Below the pieces are notes generated by a model that saw only the letters and a list, made by a program, of their open reading frames with translations, was not told the DNA's origin and did not search any database. From Dickeya solani IPO 2222 (GTDB lineage: Bacteria; Pseudomonadota; Gammaproteobacteria; Enterobacterales; Enterobacteriaceae), in contig NZ_CP015137.1 in the NCBI RefSeq assembly GCF_001644705.1, positions 2,520,001-2,552,000 on the forward strand: 32,000 nt of DNA, given 5' to 3'. Below are positions 30,959-32,000 of the stretch, piece by piece. Numbering within the stretch: the stretch's first letter is position 1; the number at the start of each line of letters is the position of its first letter. Made by a program: the position numbers and the translations under genes.

Positions 30959-32000
30959 ATGAGTGACATGACTCATGACGGCGCAGAGCGTCTTGCGCTG
31001 CACACGTTTACCGAGAACGCCTATCTCAACTACTCCATGTACGTCATCATGGACCGGGCGCTCCCTTTTATTGGCGACGGCCTCAAGCCGGTTCAGCGCC
31101 GTATCGTGTATGCGATGTCTGAACTGGGGCTGAGCGCCAACGCTAAATTCAAGAAATCCGCCCGTACGGTAGGCGACGTGCTGGGTAAATACCATCCGCA
31201 CGGCGACAGCGCCTGTTACGAGGCGATGGTGCTGATGGCGCAACCCTTCTCTTACCGCTACCCGCTGGTGGACGGTCAGGGCAACTGGGGCGCGCCGGAC
31301 GATCCCAAATCTTTCGCCGCTATGCGTTATACCGAATCCCGTTTGTCGAAGTATGCCGAAGTGCTGCTTGGCGAGCTGGGGCAGGGGACGGTGGATTACG
31401 TGCCGAACTTTGACGGCACGATGCAGGAGCCGAAGATGCTGCCTGCCCGTTTGCCCAACATCCTGCTCAACGGCACCACCGGCATCGCGGTCGGCATGGC
31501 CACCGATATTCCGCCGCACAACGTGCGTGAAGTGGCGGCGGCGGCGGTAGCGCTGATCGACGAGCCGGATACCCAGCTGGATGCGCTGCTGCGCCATGTG
31601 CAGGGACCGGATTTCCCTACCGAGGCGGAAATCATCACCCCGCGCGACGAAATCCGCAAAATGTACGAAAGCGGCCGCGGCTCGGTGCGCATGCGGGCGG
31701 TATGGAAAAAAGAAGATAGCAGCGTGGTGATCACCGCGCTGCCGCACCAGGTGTCGGGGGCGCGGGTGCTGGAGCAGATCGCCAGCCAGATGCGCGCCAA
31801 GAAGTTGCCGATGATCGACGATCTGCGCGACGAGTCCGACCATGAAAACCCGACCCGGCTGGTGTTGGTGCCGCGTTCCAACCGCATCGATCTGGATCTG
31901 GTGATGAACCACCTGTTCGCCACTACCGATCTGGAAAAAAGCTACCGTATCAATATGAATATGATCGGTCTGGATGGCCGCCCCAGCGTGAAAGGGCTGC
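30959..32000 (+). CDS. parC: DNA topoisomerase IV subunit A (5' partial, runs off the window)
   Basis: This gene is absent from the ORF track because it has no stop codon in the window. ATG at 30959 has an aagga SD 6 nt upstream. My translation [57 protein letters not shown]…[13 protein letters not shown]… is colinear with E. coli ParC. The QRDR region ([10 protein letters not shown]) is wild-type-like. Confidence 0.95.
   Translation, partial: MSDMTHDGAERLALHTFTENAYLNYSMYVIMDRALPFIGDGLKPVQRRIVYAMSELGLSANAKFKKSARTVGDVLGKYHPHGDSACYEAMVLMAQPFSYRYPLVDGQGNWGAPDDPKSFAAMRYTESRLSKYAEVLLGELGQGTVDYVPNFDGTMQEPKMLPARLPNILLNGTTGIAVGMATDIPPHNVREVAAAAVALIDEPDTQLDALLRHVQGPDFPTEAEIITPRDEIRKMYESGRGSVRMRAVWKKEDSSVVITALPHQVSGARVLEQIASQMRAKKLPMIDDLRDESDHENPTRLVLVPRSNRIDLDLVMNHLFATTDLEKSYRINMNMIGLDGRPSVKGL

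Noticed and set aside
30928-30966. A 12-codon uORF ([12 protein letters not shown]) overlapping the parC start codon.
   Set aside because: It has no SD and no known precedent I can recall for parC. Short ORFs of this size are expected by chance. Ribo-seq would be needed before calling it.

Overview
This 32 kb window looks like conserved Enterobacterales chromosome, about 56-57% GC by eye. The proteins are colinear with E. coli K-12 orthologues as I remember them. I cannot assign a genus from the sequence; a Pectobacteriaceae-like genome such as Dickeya or Brenneria is only a guess. Gene order: gltD-gltB (-), a long AT-rich control region, yhcC, arcB, the sRNA ArcZ (convergent, not in the ORF track), elbB, mtgA, an alginate-lyase-family gene, dolP-diaA-yraN-lpoA (-), rsmI, rnpB (RNase P RNA), a low-GC islet with an SdhL-type shikimate-dehydrogenase-like gene, ygiD, ygiC-ygiB-tolC (-), nudF-yqiB-[ERIC-like repeat]-cpdA-yqiA-parE, a LysR regulator, mdaB (-), and the 5' part of parC. 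I found no CRISPR array, tRNA/rRNA, IS element, integrase, or multi-gene defence or secretion-like cluster, and I cannot support a claim of a novel multi-gene system here. The points most worth a second look: (1) yraN has CTG where the conserved start codon is expected; (2) two single-gene accessory insertions sit exactly at synteny junctions (the secreted polysaccharide-lyase-like gene and the ~40% GC sdhL-like islet beside rnpB); (3) ArcZ overlaps the arcB stop codon tail-to-tail; (4) an ERIC-like repeat lies inside the nudF-parE cluster; (5) a 21-bp x3 in-frame tandem repeat lies in the lpoA linker; (6) a marbox-like site and a perfect palindrome lie upstream of tolC. All homology statements come from memory and need BLAST or HMM confirmation.
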